From Sphingomonadaceae bacterium (GTDB taxonomy: Bacteria; Chloroflexota; UBA6077), in assembly GCA_050261575.1 (NCBI GenBank), contig JBLNDL010000078.1, positions 62,001 to 126,000 of the forward strand: a stretch of DNA of 64,000 nt. Reading direction: 5' to 3'. The translations under genes and the position numbers were made by a program. The notes under the pieces are model-generated. The model ran no database searches. It was not told where the DNA came from and saw nothing but the letters and a program-made list of their open reading frames with translations. Positions 36,118-45,902 of the stretch are shown piece after piece. Within the stretch, counting starts at the first letter, position 1, and every line of letters begins with the position of its first letter.

Positions 36118-39100
36118 ATGGTTAGCAGATCCAGGTGCGAGTCCAACCGGTGGCTACGCAGGCACGCCGCCGAGATCACGGGAAAAGTGCTTTCCCTGGG
36201 CAGCGGCGACGATTCCGACGGCCAGGGCAGGAAGTACAGGGACTACTTTACCCGCTGCTCGTCCTACACCACATCGGAGGTGTCGGCCGAGTTCGGTTGC
36301 GATCTGGTGTTGGACGTCCGAAGCATGCCCGAAGTCGCTACCGCCTCGTACGACTGCGTCTTCTGCAGCGGTGTCCTCGAGCATGTGGATGATTTCCAGG
36401 CCGCATTGCAGGAGATCACACGGATCCTCAAGCCAGGCGGCACCCTGCTGCTGGGGGTACCCTTCCGGCAGGGCATCCACCTCGCTCCACAGGACTTCTG
36501 GCGCTTCACCGAGTTCGGCTTGCGTCTCCTTCTCGAGCAGCGCGGCTACACCGTGAACGAACTGGTGGCACTCGATGACGTTGCTGAGAATGGCTTCCCC
36601 GCAACCTACTGGGCTAGAGCTACGAAGCAGCCAGGAGCCAGCGGGTCCCACACCGGCTACGCGATCGTAAACACCTTCTTCAACCAGCGGGACGTCGACG
36701 CGGATCCAGGCACCGTCCAGTCTCTGCGCGCCTTCGACCCAGGATTGGCGGCTCTCATAGACCAGAAGGAAATCAAGAGCATTCGCCATTGGGAATACTC
36801 GGTGCTTCTCAACGCCTTCGGCCACGACTTCCGCAACAAGACGGTGTTGGACGTGGGCTGCGGTCGATCTCTGTTCTCGATGTATCTCGCCAGCCTGGGA
36901 GCTGAGGTGACCACTTTCGACCTACCCAGTCCATTGCAGCGCCAGGACGAGGCCATAGCCAAGAGGCGACGAGCTGGTATCAGGCACATGCAGGGAGACA
37001 TGCTCGACCTGCCCTTCGAGCCAGAGTCCTTCGACCTCGTGATCTGCATTTCAGTCATCGAGCACCTTCAAGAAAACCCTGGAAACCCACTCAATCCCCG
37101 ACCGCGCGACGCCTTCTTGGCAGACACCGAGAAGGCCGTGGCCGAGATGGCCCGAGTGGTCAAGCGAGGCGGCTACCTGTACCTTACCAGCGACGTCTAC
37201 GATCCATCTCGCCAAAAGGATGATGGTTGGCGCCCAGGGACAGGAGTCACGTGCTGCTACACGGAATCCGAATTCAAGGAGGTGATCCTCGAGACAGCTC
37301 AGAGGCAAGGTCTCTCCTTCGATCGCGCACAGGACTACGACTTCAAGAGGATCATCGAAGACCCCGCCAGATGCACGTATCGCGGGCGATACGTCTCCAC
37401 CTTCGCGATGCTCATGAAACGAACTGAGGCCTCGCGGCACCAAACCGCCTATGCGCACACTCGATTGCCGGAATCCAACGGGTTTCCTGGCGGGGCCCTG
37501 GTAGCCAACGTTCTGGGCCACCGCATGGAGCTAGATTCGCGAGACTCGCTGGCGCTTGCCGCCAACGGGGTCTACGAACCTCTGGAGACCGCCCTCTTCA
37601 TGGCAATAGTGAAGCGAGGGGACGTGGTGATCGATATCGGAGCGAATATCGGCTACTACACCCTTCAGTTCGCGCGCCTCGTTGGCGATGAGGGTAAGGT
37701 CTTCGCCTTCGAACCGGATCCGACCAATTTCGCGACGTTGAAGCGAAACGTCGAGGCCAACGGTTACCGGAACGTAGTACTGATTCAGAAGGCTTGTTCG
37801 AGCGAAGCAGGACGGTTGAAGCTCTTCCTGTCGGACGACAACAAGGGGGACCACAGGCTTTACGACTCCGGCGACGGCCGTTCCTACGTGGAGGTCGACG
37901 TCGTCCGCATAGACGACTACTTCGAGCACTACACGGGGAAGGTCAACCTCATAAAGATGGACATCCAGGGGGCCGAGTACGGTGCCCTCTCAGGGATGAC
38001 CAACCTCATCGAGAGGAATCCTGACCTTGTGCTGGTTACCGAGTTCTGGCCTCTCGGGTTCAAGCGATCCGGCGTGTCGGCATCCGACTTCGTAGCCCTT
38101 CTCCAGAAGCTCGGGTTCAACATCCTGCACATCAACGACGTGCGCAACACGATCGAGCAAGTCCCCATGCAGCAGATCTTCCACTGGTTCACGGAGGAGC
38201 TGGGCAATCACACCAACCTCTTGTGCTGGAAGGGTGCCATGCCCAAGCCGGAACCGCTGCCGAGGGAAGAGCTTCTGAGGATTCTTGGCGGGCATTCGGG
38301 CAGCAACTGCCCGGCAGCCCCACCGGTCGCCGCACACGAGACCGGCAGCGCAGTCTCTCCGCGGGCTCAGGCTCGAGCCCCAAGACCTGGCGATCCGTCG
38401 GTTCACATCGTCATAGCGGACGAGGGCTGGATCCTCGAAAGGTGTGCGCGCGAGTTGGAGGCTCGCCTCCCCTACGTGACGGTCGGAAAGGAGCCGGACC
38501 CGAAGGCCAACTTGAACTATTACGTCAACTACTCCTGCTGCCAGGGGGCAAAAAGGGGCAAGGAGGCTGCGCTATTCACGCACGTAGAGGAGCTATCCCC
38601 GCCAGCAGCCCTCCGGTTCTTCGACGTCGCCCGCAGGGTCGACCACAGGGTCTGCATGTCGGAGGTGTATGCCGACCGGCTGAAGAAGGCAGGGCTGGAT
38701 AGCGTCTCGGTGATCACACCGGGGGTAGACCTGGACGCCTACGCGCCGAAGGTGCGGATCGGCGTCGTCGGTCGCACCTACCACACGGGCCGCAAGGGCG
38801 AAGACCTGGTGCGGCAGGTGATGGACGTTCCCGGCATAGAGTGGCATTTCACAGGAGAGGGTTGGCCGGGTCCTGCCAAGCACTACGCCGCTGACGAGAT
38901 GCCAGCGTTCTACAACTCGGTCGACTACATCCTGGTCCCCTCCTACTACGAGGGCGGTCCCATGTGCGTGCTGGAAGCTTTGGCGTGCGGCAAGGAGGTG
39001 ATCGCGCCTCCCGTCGGGTTCGTCCCCGACTACCCCCACATCGAATTCCGGACGGGTGACGCCTCGGACCTCCGCCGCGTGCTCAGAGAGTTGGTGGCGA

Positions 39101-42100
39101 AGAGGGATGCCCTTCGCCAGTCCGTGCTGCACCGTACGTGGGACGCCTGGGCGGAGGAGCACGATCGGCTGTTCAGAGGAATCCTCGCCCTGGAGAAACC
39201 CGCGGCGGCCTCCGAGCCCTCCGCTCCCGAAACAGTCGTGCAGGTCCACTCGGCCGTTAGGACTTCGGGCGGGAATGGGAGATGCCTGCGGGTTCTACTG
39301 GCTAGCCACTCGCCCGAGAACCGCGCGCGTGGCGGTCCCACCATCCGCCTCAGGAAGACCGCGGAGGCGCTACGAGCGCTTGGCGTCCAAGTAGACGTCA
39401 CTGGAGACGATCTCCCGGACGCAGCAGGCTACGACCTGGTCCACTCGTTCAACGTGTGGGAGCCAGCGGCGGCGCTCGCCCAGCTCCGCCATCTGAAGCG
39501 ATTCGGTGTGCCCGTCGTCTTCTCTCCGATCTATCTGGACCTGTCAGAGACCCTGTGGGCTTACCACGCAATCCCCCAGGTTTTCAAGGAGGCTCGCGGC
39601 TCTAAGCGGCTCGACGAGTTCCTGAAAGCCATGGCAGACGGGACCCTGCTGGTCGGAGGAAAGCCCAGAGAGTGCCGCCGCGAGTTCGTACCCGGCTACT
39701 TCAGCGCCCTCGAGAGTATGGCCGGCCTCGCCGACCACCTGATCGCACTCGGCAACCGCGAGATGGAACGGCTGTGGGAGGCTGGTGTACCGAGACGCGC
39801 TTACAGCCTTGTCCGCAACGGCACCGACTACGCCCGCTTCTCGGGGGCATCTGGCGATGCCTTCGAAGCCCGCTACGGGGTGAAGGATTACGTCCTCTGC
39901 GTCGGGCGCCTGGAGGTCCGAAAGAACCAGCTCATGCTGGCAATGGCCCTTAGCGGAACCGGAATCCCCCTCGTGCTGATCGGCCAGCCGGCAGAGCAGG
40001 AGTACGTGGAACTGATCCGCCGCCACGGCGAGAACGTCATCTTCATCGATCACCTGCCCCACGATAGCGACCTGCTCGCCTCGGCGTACGCCGGGGCAGG
40101 CGCATTCTGCCTGCCCAGTTGGGTGGAGGGTGCACCGTTGACGGCGCTGGAAGCCGCGGCCGCAGGCACGCCGCTGGTTCTCAGCGACCGGGCCTGCGAG
40201 CAAGAGTACTTCGGGGATCTCGCCAGGTACGTCGATCCGGCGAGCGTCGACTCCATCCGGGAGGCGGTTCTGGCTGCATGTCGCGGTGCTGACGGCCCGG
40301 GTCGACGGGAAGCGCTGAGGGGGCTGGTGAGGGAACGGTACACCTGGGAGCACACCGCACGGCAGACCTTGGCAGCTTACGAGAAGGCTCTCGCGGGCCG
40401 GCGGGAGGCGGCGTTTCCGGCACCTGCCGCCACAACGCCCCCCTGTCGGCACGACGTGCGAACGAGGGGGCGCGATGCGAATGCACTCGACGCCCCGCTT
40501 GCGGGCGCCATCCCCGACGGCACGAGCGTCGCTCCGCCCGTTCTGTGGTTCGCCCCGGTGTTCGATCCGAGCGGCTACTCCGACGAGGCGCGCGGCTTCG
40601 TCCTTTCCCTGCCCGGTGAGGGCATCGAGCCCGCTCTCAGGGCCATTGCCCGCCACTCGCCCGTCTTCAAGACGCAGCTCGCCCCCGAGATCCGGCGCGC
40701 GCTGGACGCGGCCCTGGCCCGCACCGTCCAGAGGGATGGCATCGCCGTCATCCACGCGCCCGGGTCGGCCTTCCAGAGGGTCCGTGGCGCGGCGTACATG
40801 GTCGGCCGGACCATGTTCGAGACCGACGGGCTGCCTCCAGAGTGGGTGGCCAGGTGCAACGAGATGGACGAGATCTGGGTGCCCACCGGCTTCAACCTCG
40901 AGACCTTCCGGCGAGCCGGGGTCACGGCCAAGCTAGTCAAGGTGCCCAGCGGCATCGACACGGCACGGTTCAGGCCGGGGCTGGCGCCGCTGCCTACTCA
41001 TGGGGCTCGGGGCACGGTGTTCCTCTCGATCTTCGAGTGGATCTACCGCAAGGGTTGGGACGTGCTGCTGCGGGCGTGGGCGAGGGCCTTCGGCCCGACC
41101 GACGACGTCACCCTGCTGCTGCGGACCTACCCTGCAAACACGACCGAAGGAGAGGGGATCACCAAGGAAATCCAGGACCGAATCGACCGCTTCCTTCTCG
41201 CAGAGCTGGGGTTGCGCCGAGATCAGGTGGCTCCGATCATCGTGCTAGGGGAGCAAGTACCCGAAGAAGACATGCCTCGTCTCTTCGCAGCGGCTACGGC
41301 GTACGTCGCCCCGTCGCGCGGCGAAGGATGGGGACGTCCGCACCTCCAGGCCATGTCGTGCGGCCTTCCGGTCATCGCCACTCGCTGGAGTGGCAACCTG
41401 GAGTTCATGAACGACGACAACAGCCTCCTCCTCGACGTCGAGGGGCTGGTACCCATCGACGAACGGGCCGAGTTCCAGTTCTATCGAGGGCAAAGGTGGG
41501 CAGAACCGTCGGTAGAACACCTGGCAGCTCTGATGCGCCGAGTCGTCGAGCGCCCGGATGAGATGGCGCGCATCGGTCGGAGGGCACGCGCGGACGTCGA
41601 GGAGCAATGGGGTTGGAGAAGGGTCGCGGCGATCGCGGCCGATCGCTTGAGGGCAATCCACTCCGAACTGAACGGTGGCAGGACAACAGTCGGCAGAACC
41701 CAGGCGCCACCATTCGCGGTGCGATGGGAAGGCTCTCAGTTCGTCCACCACTCGTTGGCCCATGTCAACCGCGAGCTTTGCCTCCAACTGATCGATGCCG
41801 GCAACGACCTGGCCATCGTGCCCTACGAGCCGGATCAATTCGGCGCGGAGGCCGACGAGCGGTTCCCGAAGCTTGCCGCTCGGCACAACGCGCGGCTCTC
41901 CCGCCCGGTCGACATCCACGTGCGGCACCAATGGCCCCCCAGCTTCGATCCTCCCAGGGAGGGCCACTGGGTGATGATCCAGCCCTGGGAGTTCGGCAGC
42001 CTGCCCAAGGAGTGGATCGAGAAGATGAGGGCCCAGGTGGATGAGGTTTGGGCCTACACCAGCTTCGTCAGGAACAGCTATATCGAGAGCGGCATGCCTG

Positions 42101-44115
42101 CCGACCGGGTCCATGTGGTCCCCTTGGGAGTGGATGTGGCTCGGTTCAACCCGTCCGCGCGACCCTCGAAGCTCGCTACCTCGAAGACGTTCAAGTTCCT
42201 CTTCGTCGGCGGCACCATCCACCGCAAGGGACCCGACATCCTCTTGGATGCCTACGTGAACAGCTTCTCCGCCCAAGACGACGTCTGCCTGGTCATCAAG
42301 GACATGGGCGGCAAGAGCTTCTACCGGGGCCAGACCGCGGAGAAAACCATCCGTGCCCTACAGGCCAGACCGGACGCCCCGGAAATCCTCTACCTGACGG
42401 ACGACATCCCTGACTCGGATATGCCCGGCCTGTACACCGCCTGCGACTGCTTGGTCCACCCCTACCGTGGTGAGGGCTTCGGCCTGCCCATCGCCGAGGC
42501 GATGGCCTGCGGTCTGCCGGTAATAGTCACAGGGGCCGGCGCCTGCCTCGACTTCTGCGACGACACGGTGGCGTATCTCATTCCCGCCGAGAAGCGGTAC
42601 CTCTCCAGGGCGCGGATCGACCACTGGGAGACGGCAGGCAGACCCTACCTGTACGAGCCCAGTGCGGCGGCCACCGCGCGCCTGATGAGGCACGTCTTCG
42701 AGAACCGGGAAGAGGCGCGATCCGTCGGCCTGCGCGCTCGACAGCGGATCACCGATCGGTTCTCCTGGCGGCACGCGGCCGAGCGAGCGATGGAGAGGAT
42801 GCGCGAACTCTCCAACAGGCCGATCCTTCGCTTCCAGCAACCGGCTGCCCGTCCGATCGTTGGCCTGGTCGTTCAGCAGGGAGTAGATGTTTCTCGCCTA
42901 TCGAGGTCTCTGGCGGACACCGTCTCCAATCCGGCTCACCTCATCATCGCCAACGCCTCCGATCGACGTGCCCTCGCGGGGACCGATTTCGACCTGCCAC
43001 CGGGATGGAGCTTGCAGCCCTCCGAGAAGTCGGCGACCGCGCTCCTCAACGAGGTCCTGCAGGCACCGGGAGACGATCCAGTCCTGCTGCTCTCGGGCGA
43101 CCTCGTCTTCACCTCCGGCTGGCTGGAGCCGCTGCTCGGGGCCATAGAGAGGGATTCCGGCGCGGCCGTAGTCGGGCCGGTCTCCAACCGCGCCCCCAAG
43201 CCCCAGCGCGTCGGCGTCAAGTACGAGGGCACCGGCAAGGAGCTCCGCCGCTTCGCCGCCCGGCGCGCCCTGGCGCACCGCGGCCGGAGTGAGGAGGTTC
43301 CCTACCTGGGAGCCTTCTGTCTGTTCTTCAACCGGCGGTTATGCCGGCAGATCGGCCCGCTGAGGGAGGATCTGGATCTCCCCCTGGCGATCTGGGAGTT
43401 CTTCGGCCGGCTGAAGCAGGCGGGGCACCGCATCCTGCTCGCCCTCGACAGCTTCGTCCACCACGAGAAGCTCACGGAAGACGAGGGTGCCCGCTTCGAT
43501 GATCTGGCCGAGACCGAGGCGGAGATGGACCGGACGCTCAGCGAGGGGCAGGCCGCACTTCAGGCCGGCCAGGTCGACCGAGCGATCGAGGAGTTCACGC
43601 GGGTCACCGAGCAGTACCCCGACTGGGCAGCCGGCCACATGGCCCTGGCATCCGCCCTCATGGTCCGGGAGGACTTCGCCGGTGCCGTTCCGGTCCTCCG
43701 GCGCGCAGCCGATCTGGCGCCGCAATCCGGAGCGATCCAGAACCTGCTGGGCATCGCACTCTTCCGAAAGCAGGAGATCCAGGAGGCAGAGGCAGCCTTC
43801 CGACGAGCCCAGCAGTCCGATCCCGAGGACGTGGAGCCGCCGCTCAACCTCATCGAGCTCTACCGGTCACAAGGGAGATACGAAGAAGCCACTCAGACCC
43901 TGAAGGAGGCCCTCGCCGCCAACCGCGACCACCCGGACCTCCTGGCGACCTTGGCCACCCTCAGCCTGGAGTTGGGGGACCTGGAGGGCGCGGAGCTGGG
44001 GCTGGAGCGACTCGCCGCCGTCGCGCCCGATCATCCGGAGGCCGGCCTCATCCGGGAGGCCATCGACGGGATGCGCGCCACGCAACCCTCGAATGGAACG
44101 GAGGTGTCTCAGTGA
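36118..44115 (+). CDS. Giant multidomain methyltransferase/glycosyltransferase (3 SAM MTases, 4 GT4, degenerate GT2, TPR)
   Basis: VLSLGSG, VLDVGCG and FkbM-type DIGANIG..KMDIQGAE; four GT4 signatures EGGPMCVLE, EGAPLTALE, EGWGRPHLQ, EGFGLPIAE; VGPVSN..FVHH GT2-like; C-terminal TPRs; ATG 36118 behind GGAGG. Confidence 0.9.
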   Translation: MVSRSRCESNRWLRRHAAEITGKVLSLGSGDDSDGQGRKYRDYFTRCSSYTTSEVSAEFGCDLVLDVRSMPEVATASYDCVFCSGVLEHVDDFQAALQEITRILKPGGTLLLGVPFRQGIHLAPQDFWRFTEFGLRLLLEQRGYTVNELVALDDVAENGFPATYWARATKQPGASGSHTGYAIVNTFFNQRDVDADPGTVQSLRAFDPGLAALIDQKEIKSIRHWEYSVLLNAFGHDFRNKTVLDVGCGRSLFSMYLASLGAEVTTFDLPSPLQRQDEAIAKRRRAGIRHMQGDMLDLPFEPESFDLVICISVIEHLQENPGNPLNPRPRDAFLADTEKAVAEMARVVKRGGYLYLTSDVYDPSRQKDDGWRPGTGVTCCYTESEFKEVILETAQRQGLSFDRAQDYDFKRIIEDPARCTYRGRYVSTFAMLMKRTEASRHQTAYAHTRLPESNGFPGGALVANVLGHRMELDSRDSLALAANGVYEPLETALFMAIVKRGDVVIDIGANIGYYTLQFARLVGDEGKVFAFEPDPTNFATLKRNVEANGYRNVVLIQKACSSEAGRLKLFLSDDNKGDHRLYDSGDGRSYVEVDVVRIDDYFEHYTGKVNLIKMDIQGAEYGALSGMTNLIERNPDLVLVTEFWPLGFKRSGVSASDFVALLQKLGFNILHINDVRNTIEQVPMQQIFHWFTEELGNHTNLLCWKGAMPKPEPLPREELLRILGGHSGSNCPAAPPVAAHETGSAVSPRAQARAPRPGDPSVHIVIADEGWILERCARELEARLPYVTVGKEPDPKANLNYYVNYSCCQGAKRGKEAALFTHVEELSPPAALRFFDVARRVDHRVCMSEVYADRLKKAGLDSVSVITPGVDLDAYAPKVRIGVVGRTYHTGRKGEDLVRQVMDVPGIEWHFTGEGWPGPAKHYAADEMPAFYNSVDYILVPSYYEGGPMCVLEALACGKEVIAPPVGFVPDYPHIEFRTGDASDLRRVLRELVAKRDALRQSVLHRTWDAWAEEHDRLFRGILALEKPAAASEPSAPETVVQVHSAVRTSGGNGRCLRVLLASHSPENRARGGPTIRLRKTAEALRALGVQVDVTGDDLPDAAGYDLVHSFNVWEPAAALAQLRHLKRFGVPVVFSPIYLDLSETLWAYHAIPQVFKEARGSKRLDEFLKAMADGTLLVGGKPRECRREFVPGYFSALESMAGLADHLIALGNREMERLWEAGVPRRAYSLVRNGTDYARFSGASGDAFEARYGVKDYVLCVGRLEVRKNQLMLAMALSGTGIPLVLIGQPAEQEYVELIRRHGENVIFIDHLPHDSDLLASAYAGAGAFCLPSWVEGAPLTALEAAAAGTPLVLSDRACEQEYFGDLARYVDPASVDSIREAVLAACRGADGPGRREALRGLVRERYTWEHTARQTLAAYEKALAGRREAAFPAPAATTPPCRHDVRTRGRDANALDAPLAGAIPDGTSVAPPVLWFAPVFDPSGYSDEARGFVLSLPGEGIEPALRAIARHSPVFKTQLAPEIRRALDAALARTVQRDGIAVIHAPGSAFQRVRGAAYMVGRTMFETDGLPPEWVARCNEMDEIWVPTGFNLETFRRAGVTAKLVKVPSGIDTARFRPGLAPLPTHGARGTVFLSIFEWIYRKGWDVLLRAWARAFGPTDDVTLLLRTYPANTTEGEGITKEIQDRIDRFLLAELGLRRDQVAPIIVLGEQVPEEDMPRLFAAATAYVAPSRGEGWGRPHLQAMSCGLPVIATRWSGNLEFMNDDNSLLLDVEGLVPIDERAEFQFYRGQRWAEPSVEHLAALMRRVVERPDEMARIGRRARADVEEQWGWRRVAAIAADRLRAIHSELNGGRTTVGRTQAPPFAVRWEGSQFVHHSLAHVNRELCLQLIDAGNDLAIVPYEPDQFGAEADERFPKLAARHNARLSRPVDIHVRHQWPPSFDPPREGHWVMIQPWEFGSLPKEWIEKMRAQVDEVWAYTSFVRNSYIESGMPADRVHVVPLGVDVARFNPSARPSKLATSKTFKFLFVGGTIHRKGPDILLDAYVNSFSAQDDVCLVIKDMGGKSFYRGQTAEKTIRALQARPDAPEILYLTDDIPDSDMPGLYTACDCLVHPYRGEGFGLPIAEAMACGLPVIVTGAGACLDFCDDTVAYLIPAEKRYLSRARIDHWETAGRPYLYEPSAAATARLMRHVFENREEARSVGLRARQRITDRFSWRHAAERAMERMRELSNRPILRFQQPAARPIVGLVVQQGVDVSRLSRSLADTVSNPAHLIIANASDRRALAGTDFDLPPGWSLQPSEKSATALLNEVLQAPGDDPVLLLSGDLVFTSGWLEPLLGAIERDSGAAVVGPVSNRAPKPQRVGVKYEGTGKELRRFAARRALAHRGRSEEVPYLGAFCLFFNRRLCRQIGPLREDLDLPLAIWEFFGRLKQAGHRILLALDSFVHHEKLTEDEGARFDDLAETEAEMDRTLSEGQAALQAGQVDRAIEEFTRVTEQYPDWAAGHMALASALMVREDFAGAVPVLRRAADLAPQSGAIQNLLGIALFRKQEIQEAEAAFRRAQQSDPEDVEPPLNLIELYRSQGRYEEATQTLKEALAANRDHPDLLATLATLSLELGDLEGAELGLERLAAVAPDHPEAGLIREAIDGMRATQPSNGTEVSQ

Positions 44116-45896
44116 AACGAGCAGGCCGCGCCCGTGATGTCGGGCGGCGGGAGAGGAAGCTCCACACGGCCGCAACGAGCCTCGCAGTGCGGGAGCCCAT
44201 CTCCAGCCGGCCGGGCGACGCCCTCGAAGGCGTAGGGCGGGAGCTTGCCCCCCACCGCCGGGAGGGCCAGGATGCACGGCATCCCCAGAACAGGCAGTTC
44301 GAGGCCTTCGAGGTCACGCTGGAGGCCAGGGAGATCCCCCGATGGCCCTCCATCTCCCTGTGTATGATAGTCAAGAACGAGGAGGCCAACCTCCGCCCCT
44401 GCATCGAATCGGCTTGCGACCTGGCATCGGAGATCATCGTCGTCGACACCGGCTCCGCCGACGACACTGTGCGTGTTGCGCGCGAGATGGGCGCGCGCGT
44501 CTTCGACTTCGCCTGGACCAACGACTTCGCCGCTGCGCGTAACGAGTCGATCCGCCACGCCACCGGCGAGTGGATCTTCTGGATGGACGCCGATGACCGT
44601 CTCACCCCAAAGGCAGTCTCACAGCTCAAGTGTGCGGCGGCAAGCGGAAAGGCTGACGCCTTCCTCTGCCTCGTCTCCAGCAGGACGGCCGCCGGCTCGC
44701 GCGACGTCACGGAGCACGTGCGGCTTTTCAGGAACGGCATAGGCATCACCTTCAGCCAATCCATCCACGAGACAGTCTACCCCGCCCTGGTCCGGCTGGG
44801 GCTGCGGCTCGCCATCACCGACATCGCCATCGAGCACACCGGCTACGAGTCGCCGGATGCAAAGCGGACAAAGGCCGCCCGGAACCTGGCTATCCTCGAT
44901 GCCCAACTGGAACGGCACCCCGACGACCCCACCCTCGTCTTCTACCGAGGCCAATCCCGTGGTATGGTGGGCGACGCCGCGGGCTCCGTAGCCGACCTGC
45001 AGCGCTACCTGGAGCTAACCCAGCCGGACGTACGCTTCAACTTCATGCGCTTCTGGGCCCATGCCTCGCTCCTCCGCTTCCGGGAGATCAAGGAGGACAG
45101 GGAACGCCACGGCGCCCTGCTGGAGTCCGCGCTCGCGGAGTTCCCGGGCCACCCCAACTTCCTCTTGGAGCGGGCTTCACTGCAGATGGCCGACGGCCAT
45201 CTGGAGGGTGCCCTGCGCGACCTGGAACGGGCCCACAAGGCGCTCCAGGGGACGGTGCGGGGTCTGGCCCCTTCGCTGTCCCAGGTGGAGATCCGACTCT
45301 CGGACTGCTGCCGCCAGTTGGGGAGGGCGAACGAGGCTATCCAGTGGGCAGAGCGGGCGTGGCAGCGCTCCCCTGCCGACGAGGGGATCGGCCTCGCACT
45401 CGCACGGATCTACCTGGAAAAGGGACGACTGAGGGAAGCGGAAACGACGCTGGATCGGCTGCCACCGACGGCCGACTCGGCGGATCGGTGGCTTCTGGTT
45501 GCGGAGCTGCGGCTGCGCCAGGGTCGTCCCGACGAGGCAGAGAAGGCGATGCAGGCAGCCGAGGCAAGGGGACTGCCCGCGGAGCAAGCCGCCCAGACGG
45601 CGCAGCGGCTCCAGGCGGCACGACTGCTGGCCGCCACTCGCACCCATCCGGTGGCGCAGGAGGCGCCGCAGGTGGGGTCGCAGTTGCGAGGGCTGGCCCT
45701 GTTGGGCCAGGGGCGGGAGATGGAGGCTGCGGAGCTTTTCGCCTCGGCCATCCAGGAGGCCCCCTCTGACCCAGACAACTACCGCTACCTGGCGGTGGCG
45801 CTCCAGAAGCTGGGCCGAGAGGCGGAGGCCCAGGAGGCGTGGAGGCTGGGGCTGATCTGGCAGCAGCGCGCCGCATCCCGCGCCGCCAGGAGGTAG
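44112..45896 (+). CDS. GT2 glycosyltransferase with TPR repeats (flagellin glycosyltransferase-like)
   Basis: SLCMIVKNEE, VDTGS.DDT, DFAAARN, WMDADD, IHE, HTGY; TPRs; true start may be downstream. Confidence 0.88.
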   Translation: MKRAGRARDVGRRERKLHTAATSLAVREPISSRPGDALEGVGRELAPHRREGQDARHPQNRQFEAFEVTLEAREIPRWPSISLCMIVKNEEANLRPCIESACDLASEIIVVDTGSADDTVRVAREMGARVFDFAWTNDFAAARNESIRHATGEWIFWMDADDRLTPKAVSQLKCAAASGKADAFLCLVSSRTAAGSRDVTEHVRLFRNGIGITFSQSIHETVYPALVRLGLRLAITDIAIEHTGYESPDAKRTKAARNLAILDAQLERHPDDPTLVFYRGQSRGMVGDAAGSVADLQRYLELTQPDVRFNFMRFWAHASLLRFREIKEDRERHGALLESALAEFPGHPNFLLERASLQMADGHLEGALRDLERAHKALQGTVRGLAPSLSQVEIRLSDCCRQLGRANEAIQWAERAWQRSPADEGIGLALARIYLEKGRLREAETTLDRLPPTADSADRWLLVAELRLRQGRPDEAEKAMQAAEARGLPAEQAAQTAQRLQAARLLAATRTHPVAQEAPQVGSQLRGLALLGQGREMEAAELFASAIQEAPSDPDNYRYLAVALQKLGREAEAQEAWRLGLIWQQRAASRAARR

Positions 45897-45902
45897 AGCC
45901 GC

